This document shows, piece by piece, positions 46,077-58,906 of a stretch of DNA of 64,000 nucleotides. A model generated the notes under the pieces. That model searched no databases and was not told the origin of the DNA. It saw nothing but the letters and a program-made list of their open reading frames with translations. This DNA is from Eledone cirrhosa (Eukaryota). The number at the start of each line of letters is the position of its first letter. Positions within the stretch are counted from its first letter, which is position 1. Where the stretch lies: contig OZ024741.1 in NCBI GenBank assembly GCA_964016885.1, positions 184,140,001 to 184,204,000 of the forward strand, read 5' to 3'. The translations under genes and the position numbers were made by a program.

Positions 46077-46979
46077 ACTATCCATCTATTTATCTTATTT
46101 ATCTATCTGTCTGTATATCTATCTATTCATTTATCTAGCTACGCATATACACAAAGCTAGCTAGCTCTGTGTATATGCATTGCATAAATATACATGATGA
46201 ACTGTCGACAATGGGCATTCAATTGCTCAATGAACTGAACGAGCTACAGGTTGAATCAACACATAAGTGTCCGAGTGTTCCCCAGTCACGTGTACCCTTA
46301 GCGTAACACTGAAGGCAGAATCAACATAACAGAGTGCGTAGCATGACTAGATGTTTGAATTACAGGTACGGACCATCCTACAGATTTCTACACAGTTTCT
46401 CTCAACATAATGTTATTCACGACACCCCACATAGACTTATATAAACACATACACACATACACACATACACCCAGTCATCAGACACACACACACAAACATA
46501 CTTACACATACACATATGCATACAGAAAAATCGTCAAAACAAAATGGTCGTATGTGACATACATTACAAAATACAATGGTTTACAACTATTATACAAATA
46601 AATAAACACACGCATAACACATACATACATAAATAAGTAATTGAATAAATACATACTAATCTATTGGCAGAATTTACCAATAACGTCCAATGGTGTTGAT
46701 CAACCACCACATCATCATCACGATAATCATCATCTTCATTGTAAGCATATTCCTCATCATCATCATTATCGATATCATAGTAATCTTATGCGTCCTTATC
46801 ATATATGACAGTCATCGTCATATAATCTCATTATCGTGATCATCAGCGTGATCATCATCGTAATTATCATCATCATCAACCTCATCGACATCATCTTCGT
46901 CGTCATTATCATCTTCGTCGTTGACATCATATTCGTCATCATCATCATATCATGTATTCAGATAGATAGAGAGACAGGT

Positions 46980-47272
46980 TAGAGAGATGGAGATATATAA
47001 AGGGAGAGAGAGAGATGGAGAGAGAGAAAGGGAGAGAGAGAGAGAGGGGGAGAGAGAGAAAGGGAGAGATAGAGGGGAGAGATAGAGGGGAGAGATAGAG
47101 GGGAGAGAGAGAGAAAATGAGAGAGAATTAGAGAGAGGGAGAAAAGAGAGAGAATGAGAGAAGGAGAAAAGAGAGAGAGAGAGAATGAGAGAGGGAGAAG
47201 AGAGAGAGAATTAGAGAGAGGGAGTAAATAGAGATAGAAACAGAGAGAGAAAGTGTGTTGAGAGAAAATGAA

Positions 47273-47363
<91 letters not shown>

Positions 47364-47583
47364 ATTAGAGTGGGAGAGATGTGGTGGAAGAGAGAGTATT
47401 GATTCCACGTCGACTGAGCTGATCCACACCACACAAAACTCTGTAGTCACGTCAATAGGTGAAGAGAGGTTGCCTAAATAATTATATAAAACAGAACGTG
47501 ATATGAATTTACACTGGTCAACATAACTCACCTTCCTTTCAAGCAAAGAACCCCTACAGCTGTTGGGTACAGTAGTAGTAATA

Positions 47584-47649
<66 letters not shown>

Positions 47650-47709
47650 ATAGTAGTAATAGTAGTAGTAGTAGTAGTAGTTGTCGTTGTTGTTGCTGTG
47701 GTGGTGACG

Positions 47710-47750
<41 letters not shown>

Positions 47751-47772
47751 TGTTGTTGCTGTGGTGGTGACG

Positions 47773-47805
<33 letters not shown>

Positions 47806-47856
47806 ATAGTAGTAGTAGTAGTAGTAGTTGTTGTTGCTGTTGCTGTGGCGGTGACG

Positions 47857-47906
<50 letters not shown>

Positions 47907-48140
47907 TCATTCCATGGATTTGGACACAGTTGCTTCAACGAAGATTCTTAGAATTTCAACCTTTTAGTAGTGATAGAGAGATATTGATATAGACGTAGAT
48001 GTTGAGAGAGATTGAATAGGATAGTGGTTGAGTTAGAAAGAGTGAAAGAACGAGAAAGAAAGAGAGAGAGTGAGAAGGAGATAGTGAGTGAGAGAGAGAG
48101 GGAGAGAGTGTGAGAGACAGAGAGAGAGAGAGTGTCAGAG
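46980..48140. repeat. (GA)n and (GTA)n microsatellites
   Basis: (GA)n 46980-47360; (GTA)n with GTTGCTGTGGTGGTGACG interruptions 47570-47905. Confidence 0.95.
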
Positions 48141-48749
48141 AAAATGAGACAGAACTCGTCACATTAATAGAATGAAAAGCATTTGAAGAAAAATAAAGAG
48201 AAAGCCAGAAAGACGGGGTGAGAGAGAAAGAGCAAGACACAGATATTAAGAAAGAGAAACCGATAAGAGAGTTGGATAAAAATCAAGAGAGTGACTGGAA
48301 GTGATTAAAAGATTTATTTAGCAAAATGCGGTGTGTTGGTAGAGGTGGCAATACGTTTGACGAAAATGCCTTGCGTTATTTGTTTCGGCTCTTTGCCCCT
48401 AGTTCAATTCTTGTCGAGGTCACTTTTGTCTTTCATCCTTTCGGGGTCGACAAAATATTCCTAGTCTCGGGCAATAGATTAGCAGAAGTGTTCAATATGC
48501 CTTAGGGTATTTGATCCGGTTCTTAAGGTTCTGAATTCAAATCTTGCTGTAGTCAACTTGAGTGGTGGACGTCATCCAACGCACACTTTAACATCCCTTC
48601 CACAAAAAGAGAAAGAGGAAACTCTCCAGTACAGTCAGACGTGGACCAAGACAAGGCACCACAATCAGGTGGTGTTTGATGACGGACGTGATGTACGTGT
48701 TCACCACCATTAGTCGAACTTTCAGGGTTAGCTTCTTCTTGGTCCATTT

Positions 48750-49830
48750 CTGGGGAGGGCTCCTACCCTGCTTGTTATATTGTCACAGCTTTTGTCCATC
48801 TGGAGGTCTGGACTAAACCAGATCCCGAGCAATTAAACCGGCCCGTCCGTCCAGTGTCCGACGACGCTGTTGGACAGCAAGGACCTGTCTTTCCGGGTGC
48901 CAAGCTGCATGCCAACCGATTTTTTCTGGTTAATTTTCGCTTCTCTTACCGCTTCGTATTCCCCATGAGCAATGCTAATCACCTGAATATGTTTGCTGTT
49001 CGCATGATGTTGAAGTGTTCTGTGAAGTCACCGTTCGCTTTGACCACAGGGCAGATGTTACAGTGAGTTGCAACAATCCATTCTCTGAAAGCCTGTCAGA
49101 AACCGGCTACCTTGAGAACTGCCGCCAGGTACAGATGATCAACCCTATTGAAAGCTTTCAATTAATCTAAGGGGATCCGGGTCACACCCATGATAGTTCC
49201 TTAACAACTCTCTCAATGACATATCGCATGAGATGGACGTTGTCATAGATGGGTCTGTCCGGTATGGCTTCCCCTTCCAGACCTCCGACGTCAAGCACCA
49301 ACCTCGTCGGTAATACCATGGTCAAAATTTTAAACTCTGCATTCAGCAGAATTATGGTCCTAAAATTATCAATATAGTCCCCCTTGTACTGGTCCTTATC
49401 GGCTTTTCGCAACACTCCATCTACAAGAGCCAAGGCAGGCTGTCGAGGTAGGCACTGACGTTCATATTGTGATCCAGCCTAGCAGTGTTCCCGAACAGTT
49501 GAGAGAAGTCTTGCTGAAATGCCGTACACATAGGGTAGCTTGGTCCGCCAAAGACCGGATTGTGTCTGTGTTTTCACGCCGCTCCTCCACCACTCGGGTC
49601 CACTGTCACTGCCTCCCTCTCTCCCGCTCTCCCCATCTCTCACCTTTATAAGCAAATGGGGTCCACGCGCTGGTCGCTCCGTAGCCCTGGCGGCGGACAG
49701 AATAGAGAAGGCGTTTCCCCGGAAGAAGGAGATGGAAACGCGCTGACAGCCATTCCAGCTCGCATGGCTCACCCCTGCAGGTAGCCAACTCTGTGCCGGT
49801 GGTTCTAGGGCCAAGGACACCAGAGGCAGG
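48750..49830 (-). mobile_element. Old, heavily deleted Tx1-clade LINE
   Basis: DNFRTIILLNAEFKILTMVLPTRL, IPDRPIYDNVHLMRYVIERV, KAFNRVDHLYL. Confidence 0.75.
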
Positions 49831-49914
49831 TTATTGTGTAGAAAAAAGACAAACATCAAATGAAGTAAAATTTAAAGGAAAGAAAATTGAAAGAAAGAAC
49901 GGAAGAACATTTGA

Positions 49915-50490
49915 GGATTGAAGAAATAATTATTTCTACATTTGGCACAAGGCCAGCAATTACCCAATGCATTACTGGTACTTTATTTTATCGACCCCGT
50001 AAGGATGAAAGGCAAAGTTAACCTCGGAGGGATTTGAACTCAGATCATAAAGGGGAGTAACTCTATGCTGCAAAGCATGGCGTCCAACCCTCTACCGATA
50101 CTGCCAATCCACCACCCTTAGGATTGAAGAAATAATTGTTTCTACTTTTAGGCACAAGGCCAGCAATTACCCAGTGCATTACTGGTACTTTATTTTATCG
50201 ACCCCGTAAGGATGAAAGGCAAAGTCAATCTCGGCGGGATTTGAACTCAGATCGTAAAGGGACGTAACTATGCTGGAAAGCATGACGTCCGAGCCTCTAC
50301 CGATACTGAAGAAATAATTGTTTCTACTTTAGGTACAAGGCCAGCAATTACCCAGTGCATTACTGGTACTTTATTTTATCGACCCCGTAAGGATGAAAGG
50401 CAAAGTATACCTCGGCAGGATTTGAACTCAGATCGTAAAGGGACGTAACTATGCTGGAAAGCATGGCGTCCGATACTGAAGAAATAATGA
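49915..50490 (-). mobile_element. Three head-to-tail SINEs separated by TGAAGAAATAAT
   Basis: Units ~49928-50120, 50134-50308, 50315-50478; TGAAGAAATAAT occurs four times. Confidence 0.9.
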
Positions 50491-50513
50491 TTGCTAATAT
50501 TACAACAGCAAAA

Positions 50514-51352
50514 TCTACTTATATATATAACCAGCAATTTCTTTGTCTGTCTGTCCGACAGTGGAAACACGTGCGTAGAGAGAGAGTGAGAGTGAAAGAA
50601 AGAGACAGACTACGAGAGGGGGATAGCGGGAGGGAGAGGGGGAGAGAGAGAGAGTGAATAGACGCTAAAACACGTGCTACAGAAACATTACCTTCCTCTC
50701 TCCACTGACTTTGGTCACTGAGGCCGAGGGAATCGCACTGAGCGCGTCATAATGACGTAATGCAGACAGCCAGACATACAGACAGATATTATAAGGGCGC
50801 AAATTATATCTATGTATCTATCTAAAAAGAAAGACTAAGAATTATATAGAGAGAACGCTAAATCGCCTAATGCGGTCCCTAGGGCATTGAAAATTTGAAA
50901 TAATATTTGCTCAAAACACTCACAGGACCATAAGTATTACATGTCTAAAGTTTGAAAACAATCGGTTGGATGGTTCTCAAGTTTTAGTGAGCTGACAGAC
51001 AGACAGACATTCTCTGTTTTAGATATATAGACTAGCAGAAAACCGCCCGGAAGTGGCTTTCTGCTAGTCTATATATCTAAAACAGAGAATGTCTGTCTGT
51101 CTGACTCCCTAAAACTCGAGAACCACCCAACCGATTTTTTTCAAACTTTACACATGTAATACTTATGGTCGTGTGAGTGTTTTGAGCAAATATATTTCAA
51201 ATTTTCAATGCCCTAGGGACCGCATTAAGCGCCGTTTAACGATTCCTCTGCTTTTCTCAGTCAGTCTTATAAGATAGTTTCATAGCTATGACGTCGCGCC
51301 CTTATAATATCTGTCTGTATGTCTCGCTGTCTGCATTACAACATTATGACGC
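50514..51352. mobile_element. Helitron-derived palindrome with CTAG|TC junctions on both arms
   Basis: Arms ~50744-51040 / 51058-51352; centre GA-CTAGCAGAAAACCGCCCGGAAGTGGCTTTCTGCTAG-TC; another Helitron-like 5' end A|TCTACTTATATATATAA at 50514. Confidence 0.75.
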
Positions 51353-51354
51353 TA

Positions 51355-51440
<86 letters not shown>

Positions 51441-51487
51441 GTGTGTGTGTATGTGTATATATAGTGTGTGTGTATATATATATAGTG

Positions 51488-51606
51488 TGTAACGTTTTTC
51501 GAAATATTTACTTCTGCGTTGACAGATTGATTTTTTAGTTTCAGAAGATTCCGTTAAGTGTGAAAGCAGCGATTCTTCACTTAAACTATAATCTGTTATT
51601 TTAATA
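51488..51606 (+). mobile_element. Inverted pLTR 3' end abutting PLE copy 2 tail-to-tail
   Basis: Reverse complement of ~51623-51738; contains CAGAAGA HHR-like motif 51537-51587. Confidence 0.85.
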
Positions 51607-51619
51607 TATATATATAATT

Positions 51620-54600
51620 ATTTATTAAAATAACAGATTAAAGTTTAAGCAAAGCATCGTTGCTTTCACATTTAACGGGATCTTCTGAAACTAACATGTC
51701 AATCTGTAAACGCAGGAGTGGATATTTCAAAAACGTTGCAAGCGGAGGTAGACAGGAAGACGATACTTTGGTTCGTGGAAACGTTTCCTGGCAAAGAACG
51801 GGAAAAAACGAATATAATACGTCATGAATTGGAGCGGTGAAAAACATTTACACGCAAAGACAGAACCACTTTATGGTATAAAAGAAGTCGTAGACTAATG
51901 TTCTCTTAGGTGGTTCATAGAGACGTTCTCTGGCAATGAACGGAAAAAACGAAGATAATACGTCATATGTGGAGCGTAGAGAACAGTTGCACGCAAAGAA
52001 AAAAACACGTAAATGGTATAGCTGAAGTCGTAGACTAAAATTCTAACTAGGAAACCGAATGATTCTCCGCTTTAAAGTTAAGAATAAAGTAAATAAAATA
52101 CAGAGGTAATTGAAATTAAATAAATACATACACGCATCCAAATACGTATATACACAAGCATACGCGAAAACACTCGCCATAGGTATACAAAACCACGCAC
52201 ATATAAATATGTGTGTGTGTGTGTGCGTGTAAACAAATAAATAAATAATTAAATAAACGTATATAAATAAATAAATACGTATATAACAAGCGCACACATA
52301 TACTTACATGTAAATACACAAATGTTCGGAGACGTACGTCAACCAAAACACGAAGTACACATATACACACACCCTACATACGTACGAACCCGCATACTCA
52401 CACAGAAGCATATGTACCAGAATATATAAAATATACGCCATAACATATAAAATCAAATATACGTACGAGAAAGTATACGTACCTTCACAAAACATACAGG
52501 TAATATATACTTACCTAGGCAAATAAGTAATGGTATAAATATAACATATACATAGCTACCACATCAAGACGTAAAATATTCACGTATAGATCGTACTATC
52601 CGTTAGGGTATAATGTGGGGCTGTAATACAGGAAAGTTTTGTGCAATTTATGTTTACAAGCTGAAATTGCCTCAGATTTTTTTAAAGATGTGGTCTGTGG
52701 CATAGAGTATTTCCAGGGCCTCAGCGGCGCTTTATTTCCGTTATACGATATAGCCCTAGCTAGGATCTCCCAGTCTAACTTATATTGGGTGTGGTTGTCT
52801 TTTAGACTCCAGATATAAGCTGAAAGTGACGTCATATTCCTTCTTAGAGGGTAACGAAAAGAATGGGTATGCATGTAAAGACGCTGCTTGAATCTATTGG
52901 CGGTTAATCCTATGTAGGCCCTACGACACGTGGGTGTTTCAACCTTATATTTGTAGATAATGTTACTAGAGAGGCATTTCCCGGATATGGGGCAATCAAC
53001 CCTATTCCTACAATTACAGTTAGTACTAACTACAGGGTGCACGTGTTCCTACGGCTAGATAGTTTAGCTAAATTTGAAGCTGTGATGTTATGTGCAAGGT
53101 TAGGAGTCGTAGAGTAAGAAATTTTAAGGGTATTTCTATTAAAAATTTTACTATATTTATGTGTAGGGGGAAAATGCTTCGTAATAAGGGATAGAAAGAT
53201 CTTAGCTAATGGTGTGGCCACTTCCATATTATATGGTGGGTTATACCATATAATGCGTCGGGATCTATTTCTTCTAGGTCTATTCTCGTACTCTGTATAT
53301 GCTACCTTATCGGCAAATCCACTCCGAGCAAGAGCTTCATTGTAATAAGTGGAATGATCGTTGAAAATATGCTCGTTAGTAGATAGACGGGAAAGCCTCA
53401 ACGAAACGTTTCTTACCAGGTTCTTGGTTATGCTGTAAGGATGGTTGGAATGCTTACTTATGTAATTAAGCGTATCATTCGGCTTTCTATACAAGCCATT
53501 CGATAAATTCTGGGTAACGTCGTAGTAATTAACGACCGAGAGGTTGGCCTCAACCTGTATAGAGAGGTTGAAGCCTTTAAAGAAGGCTGTGAGTTCTTTT
53601 CTGAACCTGTCGCAAGCACGAGGGCCGCACTTAGTCATGGTCAAAAGACCATCATCACGGTACAAACCACCGCCCGCGTTGGGGAATTCGTCCTTGATAG
53701 AGAAAAGAAGTAAAAGGCCGATAAGATCAGTAACCTCCGCAGAATCGCTGGCGCCCATACTGACGTCGAATGGGGGTACTATTGGAATTTTTAATCCAAA
53801 TAGAGTCGTCGAAATTAATCACCGACTTACGGGCATTGAAGATGACATCAACTTCGAAATCCTTAACCACTGTGAGTGTTTTAGCGAAATTGATAGCTCT
53901 AAGGAGAAGTGGTAAAGTGATGGAGGGGTAGTAATTATTGATGTCGAATTGGATAAAACGGCAATGTTCCTTGTTGCATATGCCGTTGAACCAATCAATC
54001 ACCGCGAAAGAATTGTTCCACAGTGGAAGAGGAGCCAAACTCCTAATTTCAGGTATAATTCTATCAAGAATCCTTTTACTAAGTCTACCTAAATCTGACT
54101 TCGTAGGGTTAATAAGCCGAATAGAGGGGTTGTTCGGAAAATTGGATTTGTGATCCTTCAGGGTAACGTGGGGAGAAATATGGTCCAGAGGTTCGGTCCG
54201 GTCCAGGATGTTGAGATGAGATGTGATTTTAAACCCAGCATCGTTGATTTCATTGATGATGCACCGATTAGTTTTACGGTAATCCTTAGTTACAGAATTA
54301 TGTAGTAGCTGATGGTAAGTACTGCGCTCCACTTGATATAGGTTGCCAGTTTTGTCGGAATGGACGCGCACGGCATTAGAATCCTTAATGAAACGAATTC
54401 TATTCTTCAGGTCCTGCTGGAAGGAATTGCTCCTATTCCGAAATTTGATACTCCGTATGAGTTGCAAGAATATCATTTTCGAAGGGTAGCAATGCTGGGT
54501 TACACGGAGGGTTATTATAGGTTTTAAACCCAAATGTATCCTGTTTGTTGTCTGCTTTTCGCAGATTATTGAAATAAAAGGCACGCCAACGCAACCTTTT

Positions 54601-54893
54601 AATGAACGCGTCTGTTTTCTGTATTAGGAGTTTTAGGTATGTTTTCCTGCTTGGTACGTGCATGTTCTTTGTAGAAATATTCAGATGTTGTTTCTGCATG
54701 ATGAATATAAGTCAATAGAGTGCTCAACTGAGGGAGCCAAATAGTAATAATAATAAATTTGAAGACTCAAATCCAAAGAGAGCTCGATAAGGATAAATAT
54801 ATATCAAATATATAAGAACCGTAGAGCAAATATTTATTAAAATAACAGATTAAAGTTTAAGCAAAGAATCGCTGCTTTCACCCTTAAGGGATC
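51620..54893 (-). mobile_element. Penelope-like retroelement copy 2 with full 3' pLTR; frameshifted ORF 52596-54699
   Basis: Same RT (GGGLYRDDG) and GIY-YIG (IIY..AYIG) as copy 1; 5' end begins inside the HHR core (GATCCCTTAAGGGTGAAAGC). Confidence 0.93.
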
Positions 54894-54929
54894 GTTATTA
54901 TTATTATTATTATTACTATATATATAATT

Positions 54930-55209
54930 ATATATTCGTGTAGATATAATTTTGCATACACAATAACAAAATATAAACATGCGTATTTATTTCACGAGGC
55001 TCGTCAGCAGCAAAAACAACAAAAAAGAGAGGGAACGCAATTATATGCTTTTGAAAAATCTTAATGGAAAATGATTTGCCTATTCACCCAAGGCGACTTC
55101 ACTTTTTATTAGAAATTATGCATCAATTGGTGAACATACGACGAAACTGTTTCAGAAAGGAGGGATAAACATGTTTAGAATCCCGAGCAACGCCGGGCCA
55201 TTCTGCTAG
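54930..55209 (+). mobile_element. Helitron 3' end fragment
   Basis: CCCGAGCAACGCCGGG..CTGCTAG|T, like 17831-17858; left boundary uncertain. Confidence 0.6.
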
Positions 55210-55373
55210 TATAATGTAAAATCCAAGACAACAAAATAAAAGGTTATACTGAATGAGCAAATATCTAAATAAGTAAACATGTAAATAACACACAAATAAC
55301 TAAACATATAAATAGATGAATAAATAATAGTTTTGGTTGAGAATAAATGTAATGTTAAAAAATGACTCCCCCA

Positions 55374-55421
<48 letters not shown>

Positions 55422-56408
55422 CAGAAAGAGTAGAATATAAATTTACAATGAAAAAAAATGAAAATTTAAAACCAATGAAAGAGAAAAACAAAGTGGTAAA
55501 AACAATGAAGAAAACAAAGAAAATAATGTTGAATAAGTAATATTTAATGAAGGAAAGAATAAATGAATTAGAGAAAGAAATAATCAAGAAAGAAGAAAGA
55601 AGGAAAGAGAAATTAATGGAAAAAAGAAGAAAATAAAGGAAGAAAAAGAAGGAAAGAAAGAAAAAATATATGAATGAAAAAATGGCGGTAAATTATAAAA
55701 ATGAAAGAAAAAAAGAGACTACACCTATGATCCTTCTTCATCACACCCCACCACTACCCACACCACACAAATAAAATGAATAAAATATACAGAAAGAAAA
55801 TACATGAAAATATATACGAGAAAAAATGCATAAAGCGAGGAAGAAATATGTCGGGAAAGAACAGAAAACAACGTGAAGGAAAGTTACCTCCCTTTCTTTC
55901 CCCTATCTCCAAAACAAAGCTTCGAATATTTTAATGAGATACAACAACAACAACAGCATCAACAACAACAACAACAATAATAATAATAAAAGACAGTAGG
56001 TGAGAAGAGATTACCAAATATTTGTTGTGACATATTCCTCGAGGCAGTTTCCCTGTCTGAGATTATGTCAGTTCCTCTTTAAACCAATCTTTCTCTTTGA
56101 TAATATTCACCAGATAGGAAAAAAAAAAAAAACAACAACGGCCCTTGTCTCTCCCATAAAGACCAATATAGAAAGCTCACGCGGTTTGCATAATCTACAA
56201 ATAATAATATGACAGTACCCGGCGCCACTCCCCAAACCAAAAAAAAACAGAAGAGAAAACTATGAAACGATGAATACATTAACATTCTCTAATATAGTTA
56301 CGCTCCAGTGACATTCACACGTACACACACACACATGCACACACACACACACTCACACACACACACAAACACACACACAATCACATACACATACACACAT
56401 AAATATAA

Positions 56409-56524
<116 letters not shown>

Positions 56525-56730
56525 ACAGGCATATATGTATATATACATATATAGTGAGGTTGCTTTACCAAAATGGCGCCACAGTACTCACTGAATAACT
56601 ATAATGTGCGTACACTGAACCTTGGGATGCAGTTTCACGGCAGCAAAGTTATTGTCTTATTGAGGGAGCGGGTCATGGCCGGAAGTCGGTGACGTAACTT
56701 CGGTGACTTTTGTAAACTGTGTACAAACAT

Positions 56731-56803
<73 letters not shown>

Positions 56804-56857
56804 CACACACACACATATATATATATACATATATATACATACATATATATATATATA

Positions 56858-57519
56858 TAAATATAAGTATGTATACGTACATACATATATGTATACAGAC
56901 GTACAGTAGTATGTATATACATGCATACATATATATGTGTACGTATGGGTTTACCGAAGATTTATTATAATGTTCGGTTTGTTTGTCAGCCCGAATAAAG
57001 CCGCACAATGTTCGCCAACCATCGTTGCCCTTTTGTTCAACACTGACAAAGGAACGATGAACTAGTTTCTAGCTTCTTAGCTGTCATCAGCCCCGTATAC
57101 CTTCCTGTCAATCGATTGAACCTTTCAAAGTATATACTTTCCCTATGCATATTAACGGCTGAGCAGCCTAATTTGCATATCGAGTGTGTTAGTCGGCCAG
57201 GCATACCGAGAACGATAAATGGAAAAAATGAAATTTCACTTCTCACTCTTAGTACGGCTGATACTTAAATATAAGTATGTATACGTACATACATATATGT
57301 ATACAGACGTACAGTAGTATGTATATACATACATACATGCACATATATATATATATGTACGTATGGGTTTACCGAATATTTATTATAATGTTAGGTTTGT
57401 TTGTAAACAAAAGGCCCGAATTAAGCCGTACAGTGTTCGGCAACCATCGTTGTTTACAAACAAACCGAACATTATAATAAATGTTCGTAAACCCATACGT
57501 ACATATATATATATATGTG
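56858..57519 (-). mobile_element. Retrozyme-like element: ~410-nt unit, terminal direct repeat, 5' inverted tail, HHR 57055-57095
   Basis: 56858-57027 ~ 57266-57452; 57449-57519 inverts 57339-57410; minus strand CGGGG-CTGATGA-CAGCTaagaAGCTA-GAAA-CTAG-TT-CATCG. Confidence 0.75.
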
Positions 57520-57937
57520 ATTATTCAGTAAAAAAGTGATTATTCGGTAAAATGTTTACGAAGAAAACACTGATTATATATGTATAGAGAGGTTCAGATT
57601 AGGATTTACTCTTAATAACACGTGAACCTTTCGATTCAAATATTAATAGTATTTACATTTAGGGACTAAATTGTGATCTACTTCGAAACAATTGTAAACA
57701 AATAAACACTTTTTCAAGTACTTTGCTTGTATTTTCTCTTACTATAACTTTCACATTTACGTTTTGCCTATATATGTAATGCATGGTTTATACTTGTTTT
57801 ATTCCCTCTAAACGCTTGCCTTGTATCCTATACACATTGAGCACACTGCCCTCCTAGGTACTGGCATTTAATTCTCACAAACTAATCTCCACTCTCTCTC
57901 TTTTTTTCGATTGGATTGTACACATACATATGATATG

Positions 57938-57982
<45 letters not shown>

Positions 57983-58120
57983 AGTTAATATAAATTAATA
58001 TATTTGATAAACACAAATACCAACATATTCATGTTTGTATTGTAAATGACCAGGTTAGCTAGATTGAAATATACTAATAATAATAATATATTTTGCCTGT
58101 CTCGATTTAAGATAATAAAT

Positions 58121-58194
<74 letters not shown>

Positions 58195-58838
58195 CACGAT
58201 AAATTAACGGAGCCATAGACTCTCGTTATTCCCTGTCATTAATGTGCTTAAAGGAGAAGGAATCCCGAGCCCTTTATAATACAATATGTAGAAAAGATAG
58301 CACACCAGAGAGAGATATAGTGCTCCATCAGTCAAACAGGGAAAAACCACCAGTGTATGGAATCTATAGGCCATGGAAGGCAAAGTAGACACAATAATTA
58401 AAAGTATAACAGTCTCTTCTCTCTCTCTGTTTGGTTGAGCACACTTCTCTGAGTGGTTTGGGCTGCTCTTTCTAGCAGCTCGTCTCTCAGAGTCCACTGG
58501 TTGCTGCCCTAGGCACGCTGTGAATTTCTTTCTACCATGTGTGGCTGGACGGTCGCTTTAGATTCTTTTAGTGTTGTCTGAAATGTATAGCCTTACACAC
58601 ACTGATAGACCATAGGCTAATTCTTTCTGTCAACAAATTAGTTAGTGAAACAGATCCTGTTGGATTTGTACGTGTGTGTTAGATAGTTATCAAGGTACCT
58701 ATTTGCATTTTGATCTATACTTTCAATAATTGTGTGTCTACTTTGCCTTCCATGGGCTATAGATTCCATACACTGGTGGTTTTTCCCTGTTTGACTGATG
58801 GCGCACTATATTTCTCTCTGGTGTGTTATCTTTTCTAC

Positions 58839-58843
<5 letters not shown>
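58195..58843 (+). mobile_element. Fold-back element in (TA)n with decayed hammerhead in the spacer
   Basis: Arms 58283-58408 / 58716-58843; CTGATAGA(58602)..GCTAATT/AATTAGT..GAAA(58647)-CAG atc CTG-TT. Confidence 0.65.
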
Positions 58844-58875
<32 letters not shown>

Positions 58876-58906
58876 GCTTACATATACACATTTACATATA
58901 CACATT

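Noticed and set aside
54985-55012. Minus-strand CTGACGA-GCCTCGT-GAAA
   Set aside because: Stem II is only 2 bp and stem I does not pair; plausible by chance.
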